NCBI GenBank assembly: GCA_963736115.1
Contig: CAVTNR010000008.1
Location: 201,111 to 265,110 of the forward strand
Direction of reading: 5' to 3'
Origin: an uncultured bacterium
Lineage (GTDB): Bacteria; Zhuqueibacterota; QNDG01; DTFT01
Length of the DNA: 64,000 nucleotides
In this document: positions 42,105 to 52,700 of the stretch, piece after piece
Layout: each line of letters starts with the position of its first letter
Numbering within the stretch: the first letter of the stretch is position 1
The notes under the pieces: generated by a model
The model's database searches: none
Told to the model about the DNA's origin: nothing
Seen by the model: the letters and a program-made list of their open reading frames with translations, nothing else
Position numbers and translations under genes: made by a program

Positions 42105-42988
42105 ATGAAGAGGAGATGGATTCTGCTGATACTCGTTCCGCTATGCGTGGCGATTCCGGCGGCCGCGGATGACCCGGACGACCCGGATGACGGATATAAG
42201 CGCGATCGCCAGGCGATTTCCGCGGACGGCCTGAAACACCTGACCGTGGAAGTGGATGTCACCGTCGGCGAACTGGTGATCGAGCGGAACGACGGCTCCG
42301 ACAGCCTGATCGCGTTAATGGAATACAAGGGGAGGGATTACCGTTCGAAGATCGATCTGGACGCGGAAAAAGGCCGGGCTCTGATCCGGCTCAAGAAGAG
42401 GGACTGGCGGCACGGGAATTCGAACAGAGACGACAGGCCGTCGCCCCGCGTGACCGTCCTTCTGCCGGCGGGACCGGAAACCATTCTGGAAGCGCCGGCT
42501 GAAGGCGGGCGAGGCCGATCTCCAGCTGGGCGGGCTCCGTCTGCGCGAGACCGTGATCAGTATCTGGGCCGGCGAGCTCGAATGTGGATTTCGACAGGCC
42601 CAATCTCATTCCCATGGACTACCTGGAGATCAATCCGAAAATCGGCGAGGCCAGCCTGCGCAATCTGGCGAACGCGCGGAGCCGCGAGACCGACATCGAC
42701 GCGGGCATCGGTGAATTGACCGCGGATTTCAGGGGCTCCGCGGAGCCCGACAGCCGGGTCCGCATCGACCATGACATCGGCGAAACCACGGTGCTCCTGC
42801 CGGATTCCGCGGCGGTACGCTACGGCGTCGGAGGCGCCACGGGGTTCATGTCCCACAAGATGCTGCCTTCCGGATTCACGGACCGGGGCCGCTACCGGTA
42901 CAGCGACGATTTCGACCGGTTTACCAACCGTTCCACCTTCATTATCACACCCGGATTGGGCGAGCTCCGGGTGGACAGGAGTGAATGA
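42105..42988 (+). CDS. Exported DUF4097/LiaF-like beta-repeat protein (frameshifts near 42490-42580)
   Basis: Signal peptide; repeated x-G-E-(L/A) beta units across ORFs 42105..42719 and 42584..42988. Confidence 0.6.
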
Positions 42989-43989
42989 CCATGGACGGAC
43001 GGAAATCCATCATCCTGTGCCTCGTTGCCGGCGCCGCGATGTCTCTGAATGCGGGTGAATCGAGCCGGTCCGACGAGAAAACATTCGATCTGAAGCCTGG
43101 AGGCTCGGTCACGGTGCTGGCGGATGAGGGGGACGTGGTCGTGCGGGGCTGGGACCGCGAGGAAGCGAGGATCAGGACCCGGGTTACGGTCCGGGCCAGG
43201 CGCCGCGAGGACGCGGAGAATCTGCTGAAACGCATCAAGCCCGATATCCGCCTGGAAAACGGCCGCCTGATTCGTTCGGGAACCGGAGTTCGGCCGGGAC
43301 GGCGGTTCGGGTTTCTTCGATCTGCTGGACGGCGGGTTCGGGGACGGCGGAAGCGATTTCAGCATCGACTACAGCCTCGACGTGCCGGTGCCACGGACGT
43401 CCGCGTGGACGCGGACGAGGGCGACATCGACCTGTCGGGCCTGTCCGGCCGCATCGACGTGGTGGCCGACGAGGGCGACGTGAAGATCGAAAACCTGGAA
43501 CTGACCGGCGGCCGCATCGAGGCGGACGAAAGCAATTTGCGGATCCGGAACATCCGGCGTTCCGGCGAGGCCCGCCTGACGATCAGCGTGGACGAGGCCG
43601 ACATCCTGCTGGCCGACGTATCCGTGGCCTTCCTTGAAGCGGAAGCGGATGAGGGGAACGTGGTCCTGGAGAACGTGACTGCCGGGTCTTTCCGCCTGTC
43701 CGCGGACGAGGGCAATATCATCGCGGATTTCACGCCGGACGGCGAGGGCCCTTTCCACGCCGAGGCGGACGAAGGGGATGTGCGGCTGATGGTCCCGGAG
43801 GACGCGTCCCTGGACGTGGACTGCAGGAGCGACGAGGGCGATACGCGGTCTGATTTCGACCTCGATCGCAAGAGAACCGAGGAAGGGGGCAGGCTGCACG
43901 GCCGAATCGGAGGAGGACGAGCCCCGCTCCGCGTCATCGTATCCGAGGGCAATATCACTTTGATGCGCAGGACGGGAAACAACCGATAG
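42985..43989 (+). CDS. DUF4097-like beta-repeat protein (probable compensating frameshifts at 43270-43390)
   Basis: Signal peptide; about 10 repeats of ADEG(D/N)-like units; GDVVVRGWDR; C-terminal IGGG...SEGNITL. Confidence 0.75.
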   Translation: MTMDGRKSIILCLVAGAAMSLNAGESSRSDEKTFDLKPGGSVTVLADEGDVVVRGWDREEARIRTRVTVRARRREDAENLLKRIKPDIRLENGRLIRSGTGVRPGRRFGFLRSAGRRVRGRRKRFQHRLQPRRAGATDVRVDADEGDIDLSGLSGRIDVVADEGDVKIENLELTGGRIEADESNLRIRNIRRSGEARLTISVDEADILLADVSVAFLEAEADEGNVVLENVTAGSFRLSADEGNIIADFTPDGEGPFHAEADEGDVRLMVPEDASLDVDCRSDEGDTRSDFDLDRKRTEEGGRLHGRIGGGRAPLRVIVSEGNITLMRRTGNNR

Positions 43990-44091
43990 CCGCGGGCCTT
44001 CAATTATTCAATAAGATAATTGCTTGGTCCCTTGTGGACTTTAGTCCGCGCTTCTTCACATCTCAATTCAGGCAAAACGGAGGATCCATTT

Positions 44092-44898
44092 ATGAAACGA
44101 ACGGTATTGTCAATCCTGGCCCTGTCTCTCCTGTCCGCTGCCGCTCTCCCCGCGTCCGTACGGGAGAAGCGGACCTACGAGGAATCCTGCGGCTGGAAGG
44201 CCGGGGAAACCGTCATCGTGGAGAACGTCAACGGCAACATTTCGGTGGAAGCCTGGGACAAGGAAACCGTGGAAGCGGTCGCGGACGTTGAATTCCGCGG
44301 CAGGCGCGGGCGCACCGTCGAGGACGTCATCGAGGAAACGTCCCTGCGGGTCGAGCGCACGGCGGAAGGCATTCGCGTGCGGCTGTCCAGGCCGCGCGCC
44401 ACGGACGGCGCGTCCGATTTCTGGGGCTGGGTTTTCGGCGGCGGCTCGCGCGTGAACGTGAATGCGCAGTTCCGGGTTCGCGTGCCTGCGCCCGCGAATG
44501 TCGAAGCCGAGACCACGAACGGGAACTGTTCGGTGACCGGCGTGCGGGGTCAAGTTGACATCGGAACCACGAACGGAAACGCGGATGCGGACGATACGGC
44601 CGGATCCGTGGATGCGTCTTCCACCAACGGCGACATCCGCGTATCCGTCCGGTCATTGCCCGAAAAGGCACGTGTGTCGTGCCGCACCACCAACGGGAGC
44701 GTGCGCCTGTCCCTTCCCGCCAAAATCAACGCGGACGTGGATCTGTCCACGACCAACGGCCATGTGAAATCTTCCTACCCGATCACCATGGAAGGCGGGT
44801 TTTCGGGTAAGCACATCACCGGCCGGATCGGCGACGGCGGCGCGTCCATCCGCTGTTCCACGACCAATGGAAACGTGGATCTGACCGAAGGGCTGTAA
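44092..44898 (+). CDS. DUF4097-like beta-repeat protein
   Basis: GGAGG RBS, signal peptide, NGNISVEAWD, repeated TTNG units, IGDGG...TTNGNVDL. Confidence 0.82.
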   Translation: MKRTVLSILALSLLSAAALPASVREKRTYEESCGWKAGETVIVENVNGNISVEAWDKETVEAVADVEFRGRRGRTVEDVIEETSLRVERTAEGIRVRLSRPRATDGASDFWGWVFGGGSRVNVNAQFRVRVPAPANVEAETTNGNCSVTGVRGQVDIGTTNGNADADDTAGSVDASSTNGDIRVSVRSLPEKARVSCRTTNGSVRLSLPAKINADVDLSTTNGHVKSSYPITMEGGFSGKHITGRIGDGGASIRCSTTNGNVDLTEGL

Positions 44899-44935
44899 TT
44901 GAACCAGCCCCGAGATCGACAGAGATTATTATAAA

Positions 44936-45133
44936 TGTCATTCCCGCAATCTTTTAGCGGGAATCCAGGGGTGGGGTGGTCAAAATCTCGATAGCCATGA
45001 TCGCCCCGGGGCTCTGCTCCGGGGCGAATTCATATGTGCCGGTGCTCCGGAAGGGGGTGTCATTCCCGTAAAATGGACCAAGCAATCATATTTGCACATT
45101 ATTGAAGGCCCGCAATCTCTTAGCGGGAATCCA
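44936..45133 (+). repeat. Two GTCATTCCCG...GCGGGAATCCAGGGG palindromic repeats
   Basis: Copies at 44936-44970 and 45058-45137; the second has a long insert in its loop. Confidence 0.7.
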
Positions 45134-45201
45134 GGGGCGGAGTGGGCTGAAGATAATAATCGTCCTGGATTCTTTATCCCGGACGCACGAAAGGACACGC
45201 A

Positions 45202-47100
45202 TTGCGCTATATCCTGTTAATCACCGCCCTTCTATCAGCCCAGCTTCACGCGGCCTCGCAAAATGTCGTCACGAACGGCGGGTTCGAATCCGCATCCGCC
45301 GACTCTGCCAGGCCGCAATACTGGCAGATCGGATTCACGGACAGCCCCAGCCAGGTCCTGACCGGCGGACGCTGGTCCCCGGATGCCGGAATCCGGTCCG
45401 AGGGCAGTCAAAGCCTGAAACTGGAACCCCTGCTGGGCGGAGATTACGCTTTCTCCCAGATCCTGCACGTTCCGACCTATGACCTCAAGGGCCGGCTCAT
45501 CCGGCTCAGCGCGGACGTGCGTTCCGCCGGCCTTGCCGTACCCCCGGTGATCATGCTGCTCGCTCCGGACCTGTCCCTGTCCCCGGACCCGGATTTCGGA
45601 GTCGGGCTGGCAGTCAAAATCATCCTGATCGCGGACAGCGCGGAGGGCGTTTTCAGGTCCATTGAGGGACAGTTCACGGCTGAAGGCAATTCGAACTACA
45701 TGTTCGTGTACCTGTACGCGTCCGGCACCGAGGGGGCTGCCTGGTTCGACAAAGTGCGGGTCGAACTGGACGTGGACCCGGCAGGGCCCGATCCCGCTCC
45801 TGCGGTTCCGCCGTTCGAAAGACGGTCTTTCGACATGGGATTCGTGCAGGAGAATCCGCAGGATCTCAGCGAAAAGGCCATGGAGGAACTCCTGGATGCC
45901 GCGGCTTCGGCAGGGGAAACGATCAACCTGTTCTTTCACGTCCGCTGGTGCAGCCTGAACGGAGAGAATCCGGCCTGGGCGCACAGGCATCAGCTCTGGC
46001 AGGCGGCTTATGCGCGCAGGGCCGGGCTCAAGGTCGCGTTGAGCTTTGATTTCACGCATGACAATCCAGAGAGCATCGGGGACATCAACCCGAAGCCGGA
46101 CGGATCGCCCGTCGGTTCCCTGGCGACGCGGGCTGTGTCCAGGGCTTATCTGGATGAATTGTTTTTTCTGTGCGAAAAGGTGCGGCCTGAAATCGTCATC
46201 GTGGGAATAGAGATGGATATTTTCCACGACAAGCACCCGGAGCAGTGGCCGTCTTACGTTGCGATGTTCAAGGCCGCGGCCGACACTCTGACCCGGCGTT
46301 ACCCGGGGGTGCACGTCACGGCCTATTTCACTTTGCCCTGGATGACGGACACCGAGGGTCGCATTAACAGCAGCCATGCGGCGGACTGGAGACTGCTCCT
46401 GCCCCAGCTCCAGAGCGTGGCTTACAGCACTTACCCGTGCGTGCTCGGCCTGACCGGAATCGTGCCGGTGGAAGGCTATTTCCGAAAGCCCGCTGAGATC
46501 ATTCCCGAACTTCCGGTGGTGATTCCGGAGTTCGGCGTTCCGGGAGGGCCGGATGCCCAGTTATCCATGGACGAACAGGCGCTGTGGCTCAGCCGAATGC
46601 TCCGTGAGTTCAGCGAGGTGAATACCCGGCTCGTGTGCTGGTTCTCTATGTTCGACCAGTCCTATTTCGACATTCCCGCTTATTTCCGAGAGGCTTTCGC
46701 CAGGCTGGGCATGCATGATCGGAACGGAACAGCCAAGACTGCCTGGGCCCTCTGGAATGCGGTTTATCACGCTCCGATGACCGAAGTGCCGGAATCATGG
46801 CCCTCAGGCAGACCTGCGCCAGACAGTCCGCTCCTGGTCGGAAATTACCCGAATCCCTTCAACCCTGAAACTTGGATCCGGTTCAACTTGGGCAAGCCGT
46901 CCCGCGTACGAGTCGAAGTTGTGGACGTGACCGGCAGAAAGGTGAGAATTTTATTGGACGGAACCGAAAGCCAGGGAATCCATCAGATCAGATGGGACGC
47001 GTCCGACGATTCCGGCAACAGGGTTCCCGCAGGCGTATACCTCTGCCGCCTGACCTCAAGCGACCGTATCGAAGTCCGGAAAATGCTGCTGTTGAAGTGA
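45202..47100 (+). CDS. Secreted protein: CBM-like N-domain, GH-A-like TIM barrel, FlgD-Ig/T9SS-like C-terminal domain
   Basis: Signal peptide; NGGFE...WFDKV; candidate catalytic glutamates in VGIEMD and IPEFG; NYPNPFNP...WDASDDSGNRVPAGVY...KMLLLK. Confidence 0.72.
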   Translation: MRYILLITALLSAQLHAASQNVVTNGGFESASADSARPQYWQIGFTDSPSQVLTGGRWSPDAGIRSEGSQSLKLEPLLGGDYAFSQILHVPTYDLKGRLIRLSADVRSAGLAVPPVIMLLAPDLSLSPDPDFGVGLAVKIILIADSAEGVFRSIEGQFTAEGNSNYMFVYLYASGTEGAAWFDKVRVELDVDPAGPDPAPAVPPFERRSFDMGFVQENPQDLSEKAMEELLDAAASAGETINLFFHVRWCSLNGENPAWAHRHQLWQAAYARRAGLKVALSFDFTHDNPESIGDINPKPDGSPVGSLATRAVSRAYLDELFFLCEKVRPEIVIVGIEMDIFHDKHPEQWPSYVAMFKAAADTLTRRYPGVHVTAYFTLPWMTDTEGRINSSHAADWRLLLPQLQSVAYSTYPCVLGLTGIVPVEGYFRKPAEIIPELPVVIPEFGVPGGPDAQLSMDEQALWLSRMLREFSEVNTRLVCWFSMFDQSYFDIPAYFREAFARLGMHDRNGTAKTAWALWNAVYHAPMTEVPESWPSGRPAPDSPLLVGNYPNPFNPETWIRFNLGKPSRVRVEVVDVTGRKVRILLDGTESQGIHQIRWDASDDSGNRVPAGVYLCRLTSSDRIEVRKMLLLK

Positions 47101-47664
47101 CCTAAGTGACGATAACATTTTATTGATAGCCCGTAGTTTGCCAAATCCTAGTACAATTAATTGCAGGATTCAAACGAAATTCATTGGCTGCTTCAACTGA
47201 ACCTAAGCACCCATTAGGCAAAGCCAATCGGCAATAACGAGGTCCTATTCGGGGATTCTGAATCGTACAGATCAACGAGGAGAACAATGAGAGTTGCATC
47301 ATTCGGACGGGTGGCCTGTAAGTCGCGTGAAAAAAATGTGTGCCACAGACGGACGTGTGGTCCGGAGATTGTATTGAAAACCTGTGTGGCACGGCCCGCC
47401 GATCAAGTCGGGAGCAAGCCTTCGGGCTGTGTTTCTGATTTTGCACATAATCATATCATTGATAAACAATATATGAAAAAAAGTGTAGGTGGTACTGCAG
47501 ATTCAATACAGTAACTAATTTAAAGAAATAATGCACGGTCTTAAAGGCCGTACCACACTGAAAAGAAATATCAAGGCCGCCCGTCCGAGCCATTTCAAGA
47601 AACGGACAATACTTTACTACACGGCCGATACGATCCCGGACGGTCATTCAATTCAATCAATGAA

Positions 47665-48234
47665 ATGAAGGAGTACATGATGCGGTTGAAGGCATTCGTC
47701 CTGTTTTACCTGATTTTGATTGTATCGTTCGATATGATGGCACAAGAAGGTCCTTTCCTGAGATTCAGCCTGGGTCCTGGAATTATGAAAGAATTTAATA
47801 CAATCCATGAATCCGGCCTTACGATTATCGCAAAAAACCATGCCGTTGGATGGGGTTTTGCGGATAAATACGCCGTATCTTACAGCGAATTCGGCGGATT
47901 GATCAAGAAGGAAATCGGCGGGACCTATCGATATATAAACCTTGATGCTTATGGTATCGGGCTTGCCTATCGTACAACGAACCATGTCGGTTTTCATTTA
48001 TCCGGCGCTTATGGGACAGTGCATTTTTCCGATACCTGGAAGAGACAGGGTGATTATATGGAGGATGGGTATGCTGTAGGTCTTGGATCGAATAAACAGT
48101 GGTTACTGTCAAAAAGAATCGGTTTGGGAGCGGGTCCGCATGTATTTTACCTCAAAACCAATAACTATGTATTTACTAATGTCAGTTTCAATTTCTGGCT
48201 TGAATTTTATCTGTTTCCGCAACGTCAATTATGA
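47665..48234 (+). CDS. Small outer-membrane beta-barrel hypothetical protein (low GC)
   Basis: Signal peptide, alternating beta strands with Gly and aromatic residues. Confidence 0.6.
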   Translation: MKEYMMRLKAFVLFYLILIVSFDMMAQEGPFLRFSLGPGIMKEFNTIHESGLTIIAKNHAVGWGFADKYAVSYSEFGGLIKKEIGGTYRYINLDAYGIGLAYRTTNHVGFHLSGAYGTVHFSDTWKRQGDYMEDGYAVGLGSNKQWLLSKRIGLGAGPHVFYLKTNNYVFTNVSFNFWLEFYLFPQRQL

Positions 48235-48333
48235 TCAAACCGGCAATTTCTTTTCGAATGAAACGGCCAAATCATAAACGGATAAATGCGATTCCGTAAT
48301 TAGTAGACCATTCACATCCAGGCTGTAAAATGA

Positions 48334-48539
48334 TTGAAGCTCCCCGCCGCCCGCTGCGCGGGATCAAGCTATTATATTTGTGAATTATTGAAGACAAGCG
48401 GCGGGGAATCTTCTATCTGTAGAGAAGAGACATCTGATATTCGCTCGCTAACCCCGCGGCCCGCTGCGCGGGATCAAGCAATTATATTTGTGAATTGTTG
48501 AAGACAAGCCGCGGGGAATGCGCTCGCTGACAGATTCAA
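48334..48539 (+). mobile_element. Non-autonomous MITE/REP-like element, copy 1 (206 bp, two 45-bp inserts)
   Basis: TTGAA...TTCAA ends; two CCCCG...CGGGG hairpins; near-identical to the reverse complement of 60001-60161. Confidence 0.75.
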
Positions 48540-48688
48540 CCTGAACATGTCAGAAAATATTTAAAAAAATCATAGTTTCACTTTAAATGAAGACAAACAG
48601 AAAAAACAGTCCAAAAAACATGATTCACCCGACACAGATCTCCAATGAGCTGATATGAAGTTGCCCTTTAGCCCAACAGATTTAACGC

Positions 48689-48717
48689 TTGACATTTAAC
48701 GCAATCCGTTATAACTT
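48689..48717 (+). promoter_or_regulatory. higBA promoter with embedded palindromic operator
   Basis: TTGACA-17 bp-TAACTT, with TAACG-N5-CGTTA (48697-48711) in the spacer. Confidence 0.68.
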
Positions 48718-48722
48718 TCACT

Positions 48723-49004
48723 ATGATAAAATCATTTAAATCAAAAGAAGCTGAAAAGGTATTTTATCGGATTTATTCAACTAACTATTCAAAAGAAATT
48801 AATGAATTAACATTCAGAAAGTTGAGGATGTTAAATAGAGCTAATATAATCAATGATTTACTTGTGCCTCCGGGCAATAAATTGGAAAAATTAAAAGGAG
48901 ATAGAAAAGGTCAATATAGTATCAGGATCAATGATCAATATAGAATTTGTTTTAAATGGACAGGACAAGATGCAATCAATGTGGAAATAGTCGATTATCA
49001 TTAG
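48723..49004 (+). CDS. higB: HigB (RelE/ParE family) toxin
   Basis: MIKSFK...PPGNKLEKLKGDRKGQYSIRINDQYRICF...IVDYH; toxin-first order. Confidence 0.93.
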   Translation: MIKSFKSKEAEKVFYRIYSTNYSKEINELTFRKLRMLNRANIINDLLVPPGNKLEKLKGDRKGQYSIRINDQYRICFKWTGQDAINVEIVDYH

Positions 49005-49016
49005 GAGAAATCTATT

Positions 49017-49319
49017 ATGAATAAAAAAATTCCACCGATACATCCTGGTGAAATCCTGAATGAAGAATTTTTAAAACCATTGAGTTTGAGCCAGAACCGT
49101 TTGGCGATCGAAATTCGCGTTCCCGCAAGACGGATCAATGAAATTGTTCTCAAGAAACGGGGCATTTCACCTGATACCGCTTTAAGACTTGCGAAATTTT
49201 TCAATATGTCCCCTCAATTCTGGCTCGGGTTACAAATGGATTATGATTTGGACATTGCTGCAGATGAAGTATCAGATAAGATACAAAAAGAAGTTAACGA
49301 ATATAAGAAAGCCGGTTAA
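49017..49319 (+). CDS. higA: HigA antitoxin (HTH)
   Basis: PIHPGEILNEEFL, RINEIV, DTALRLAKFF, FWLGLQ. Confidence 0.94.
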   Translation: MNKKIPPIHPGEILNEEFLKPLSLSQNRLAIEIRVPARRINEIVLKKRGISPDTALRLAKFFNMSPQFWLGLQMDYDLDIAADEVSDKIQKEVNEYKKAG

Positions 49320-49771
49320 ACTCACGCTGGATAACCCAATCATTCTCGGGACGATGTCCTACTCAGGTTTGGCTTTTTATGTATCCATAAACTATAATGT
49401 TTCAGTCCCTCCAGAAATGACCCAATTCGTAAAGACCATTCCTATCTGCCGCTTCCAATCCCTTCCTCTTCAGATTGCACCCCCCATTCAACCATACACT
49501 CGGCATCATATTCAAAATCACCCTGAATATTCCCGGAAAAATCCGCATGACAATATAAAGTATATGGAAATCCCCGGGAAAAGCATCTTATAAATATAAC
49601 ATTCTTCATAATTAAACGCCTTGTCATGATCCAGCCCTGAGGCGGTACACTTTATCATCGCCAGTCGGGGATACCGTTTTTCCGCAGGGTTAGCAAGACC
49701 CTGCGATACGGGATCGACTGAAGATCGTTCCAGAAATCAATGCTTTGAACCATCCAGTATGGGGAGGGCGT

Positions 49772-52700
49772 ATGTCTTTCATACTGAAAGCGGGAAATAC
49801 TCATTATAATAGTTGTTCGACAACGTGGTGCTTCCTCGCGGTTTGGATACTGGCGGTAAGCGGCCGGGTAGCGGCGCAGTCAGAACCGGAAATTCAGATC
49901 ACGCGTATGGAGGCTTCGGGTTCGTACCGTGTCGATTCCGGTGCCATCCTCAAAAAAGAAGCAGCCGGTCAGTCCGAAATCAAGCCGCAAATGCGGTCGG
50001 GACGCAGAATCGTTCCTGTCCTGGACCTGAAACAACGCAAGCTGATCCGGATGGATACACTTCCCGAACCGGCCCGGATGAGACCCGAACCCCGAGTTAC
50101 CGCCGAAACAACGGCCCGAACCTGGACCACGGTCATGACCGAGGATTTCGAGGGCGAATGGCCTTCCGCGGGATGGGCACGGGGCGGGGACAAGCATTCA
50201 AACGGCGCGGAAATCACATGGGCACCCTGGGCCTACCATCCTGCGAGCGGAATGAAAAGCTGCTTCGCGCAGGGAACGGTGGTTGATCCTTCGAGCCAGT
50301 ACACCATCAAAGCGACTTGGGGCGAATTCATCGTATCGGACATGTGGTACGGCCCGATCAACCTCGAGGGAGTCACCGACGCCAGGATCATATTCAAGTT
50401 GTCGTACGAGTTGGGGAAATACATGGACATCATCGGCTGGGCCGCTTTCTCCGCCTCGGACACGTCCTCAGTGCTTTATGTCACCGGATATCCCGGAGGG
50501 GACGTCACCAATTGGCCCGATTATGACACTTACACGTACAATTTCAACACGGATCCGTATTACGGAAGCCTCTGCGGTCTGCGGGATGTTTATTTTCTTT
50601 TCACCTATCTGGCGGACGATTACCAGGACTATAACAAGGCGGCTTTTGTCGATGACGTCCGGCTGGAGATCAGCATGGATCCCCTTCCGCAGTTGTCCCT
50701 GGACATCAGCGAATGGTCCGTGCCGTCGGTCGGCGGCACGAGCGAAACCGTGCATGTGACCAGTTCGGACGAAACACTCGGTTATACGGTTTCGGATGAC
50801 GCGTTCTGGCTGACCTTGTCCGAATCGGGCGGTACGACACCGGGCGGTTTTACCATGACAACCGATGCCAACCAGACCGGACTGACGCGTAAGGCCAAGG
50901 TGACAGTAACCGCGGCGCCGCACGAAGCCGCGTCCGCCTCGCCCGCGATACTCAACGTGACGCAGATATCCACATCCGACTCGGGTTGGACCACGCTCAT
51001 GACCGAGGATTTTGAAGGCGAATGGCCGTCCGAAGGCTGGACCCTCGATTCAAACACACTCGACGAGGACGGCGGCCCGATCACATGGGATTCCGAAAAA
51101 TTTTTTAACGCCTGGGGAACCAGGAGCGCCCATCCGCACGGGTCTTCAATCGATCCCAGGGTCGATTATTCGGTCACCGCGGCCAGCGGGACGACTATTA
51201 CGTCGAGTATGCGTTATGGGCCTTTCAGCCTGCCGGAGTATTGCGATGCCCGGTTCCGGTTCAGAATGACCTATCAACTGGCCAAAGGAGATACATTGCG
51301 ATGGGGTGTCTCAGCAGGCGATCCCGATACAGCGGCTATCTTCCTGGTGGGGCTTACCAGAGTGAATTGTTTCCCCCAATGGTGGGTGGACACTTTCGAT
51401 CTGACCCGGGTTCCGTTTTACGGCAATCTGTGCGGAAGATCGGATGTCTATATTCATTTCCTTTATATCGCCGACGATATACAGGATAGAAACGAAGCCG
51501 CCTATATCGACGACATCTATCTTCAGGTCAGACCGTTTAAAGACCGGTTGATCCTGGACGCGGGCGAGTGGGAGGCTCCTCCGGCCGGAGGCGTCAGTGG
51601 AGCCATTCACGTGAACAGCACCGGGGAGGCGTTTCAATACGGGGTTCAGGCCAATACCGGCTGGTTGAGGGTGTCCTACCCCTGGTGGGGGATGACGCCC
51701 GGCGAATTTTTCCTGTCCGCGTTTGCCAATAATACGGGTTCGGCGCGAACAGCCGAGGTGAGGGTCTGGGCCACTATGCCGGAGGGGATCGCCGGTTCAC
51801 CCGCGACGATCATGGTCACACAGGGTCCGATACTGCCTCCGCGGATGTCCCTGAGCGACAGCACATGGTCCGCTCCGCCTGCGGGCGGGAAGAGCGATAC
51901 AATGCACGTCAGCAGTTCCGGGGGAACGGTTCTCTACACCGTGTCAGACGGCGCGGACTGGCTGACCCTGTCCGATTTCAATGGAACCACGCCGGGCGGG
52001 TTCACCCTGACCGCGGCTGCCAATGACGCGGACTCGGCGCGCACGGCCGCAGTGACGGTCAGGGCGGTTATTCCAGCGGAAGCGGCCGGTTCGCCCGCGA
52101 CGATCACGGTCACGCAGCCGAAGGCTCCGGTTCCCGCGAGCATCGGGCCGATCGCGCCGTCCGTGGTCATGCCGGGCGAGGAATTCCAGGTGGACATCCA
52201 TATCGGGGATCCGGTTGCCGTGAATGATCTCTTCAACATCCGGTTCGACCTGACGTTTTCGAACACATCGTATGTGGACTATGCGGCTGCGGAACCCGGT
52301 CCTTTTTTTGGAACAGACGCGGAACTCCTGCCGGTCTCTGATGATGCAGCCGGAAAAGTCAGCGTGGCCATATCCCGCAAACTGTCATCGGGAGGCGTCA
52401 GCGGCGCGGGAGTCGCGGTTTGCATCCGATTCCGCACGCTTCAGGACGCGCCTGAAAACGCGCGCGTGGATTTCACCCTTTCCGGCATCACGGCGGAAGA
52501 TGAGGCCGGGAATCCGGTTTCATTCACGGCATCCGGGAACGCGGCCACGGTGATGACGCATGTCGGAGACGGCGGGGATGCGGCTTCCAATCCGATTCCC
52601 GCGGCCTTCGAACTCTTCCAGAACTTTCCGAATCCATTCAACCCGGTGACGGAGATCCGGTTCGGCCTGCCCCATGCGGGGGAGGCGGAGCTGACGGTTT

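Noticed and set aside
48334-48539. Possible mini CRISPR array (direct repeats ending ATTGAAGAC, 110-bp period)
   Set aside because: Only two units; the intervening sequence is conserved in the second copy at 60 kb rather than being a unique spacer; no cas genes. Better explained as nested repeats.
49320-49745. Short ORFs and a CGCAGGGT..ACCCTGCG hairpin after higA
   Set aside because: No family motifs and only a single hairpin copy in the window; insufficient support.
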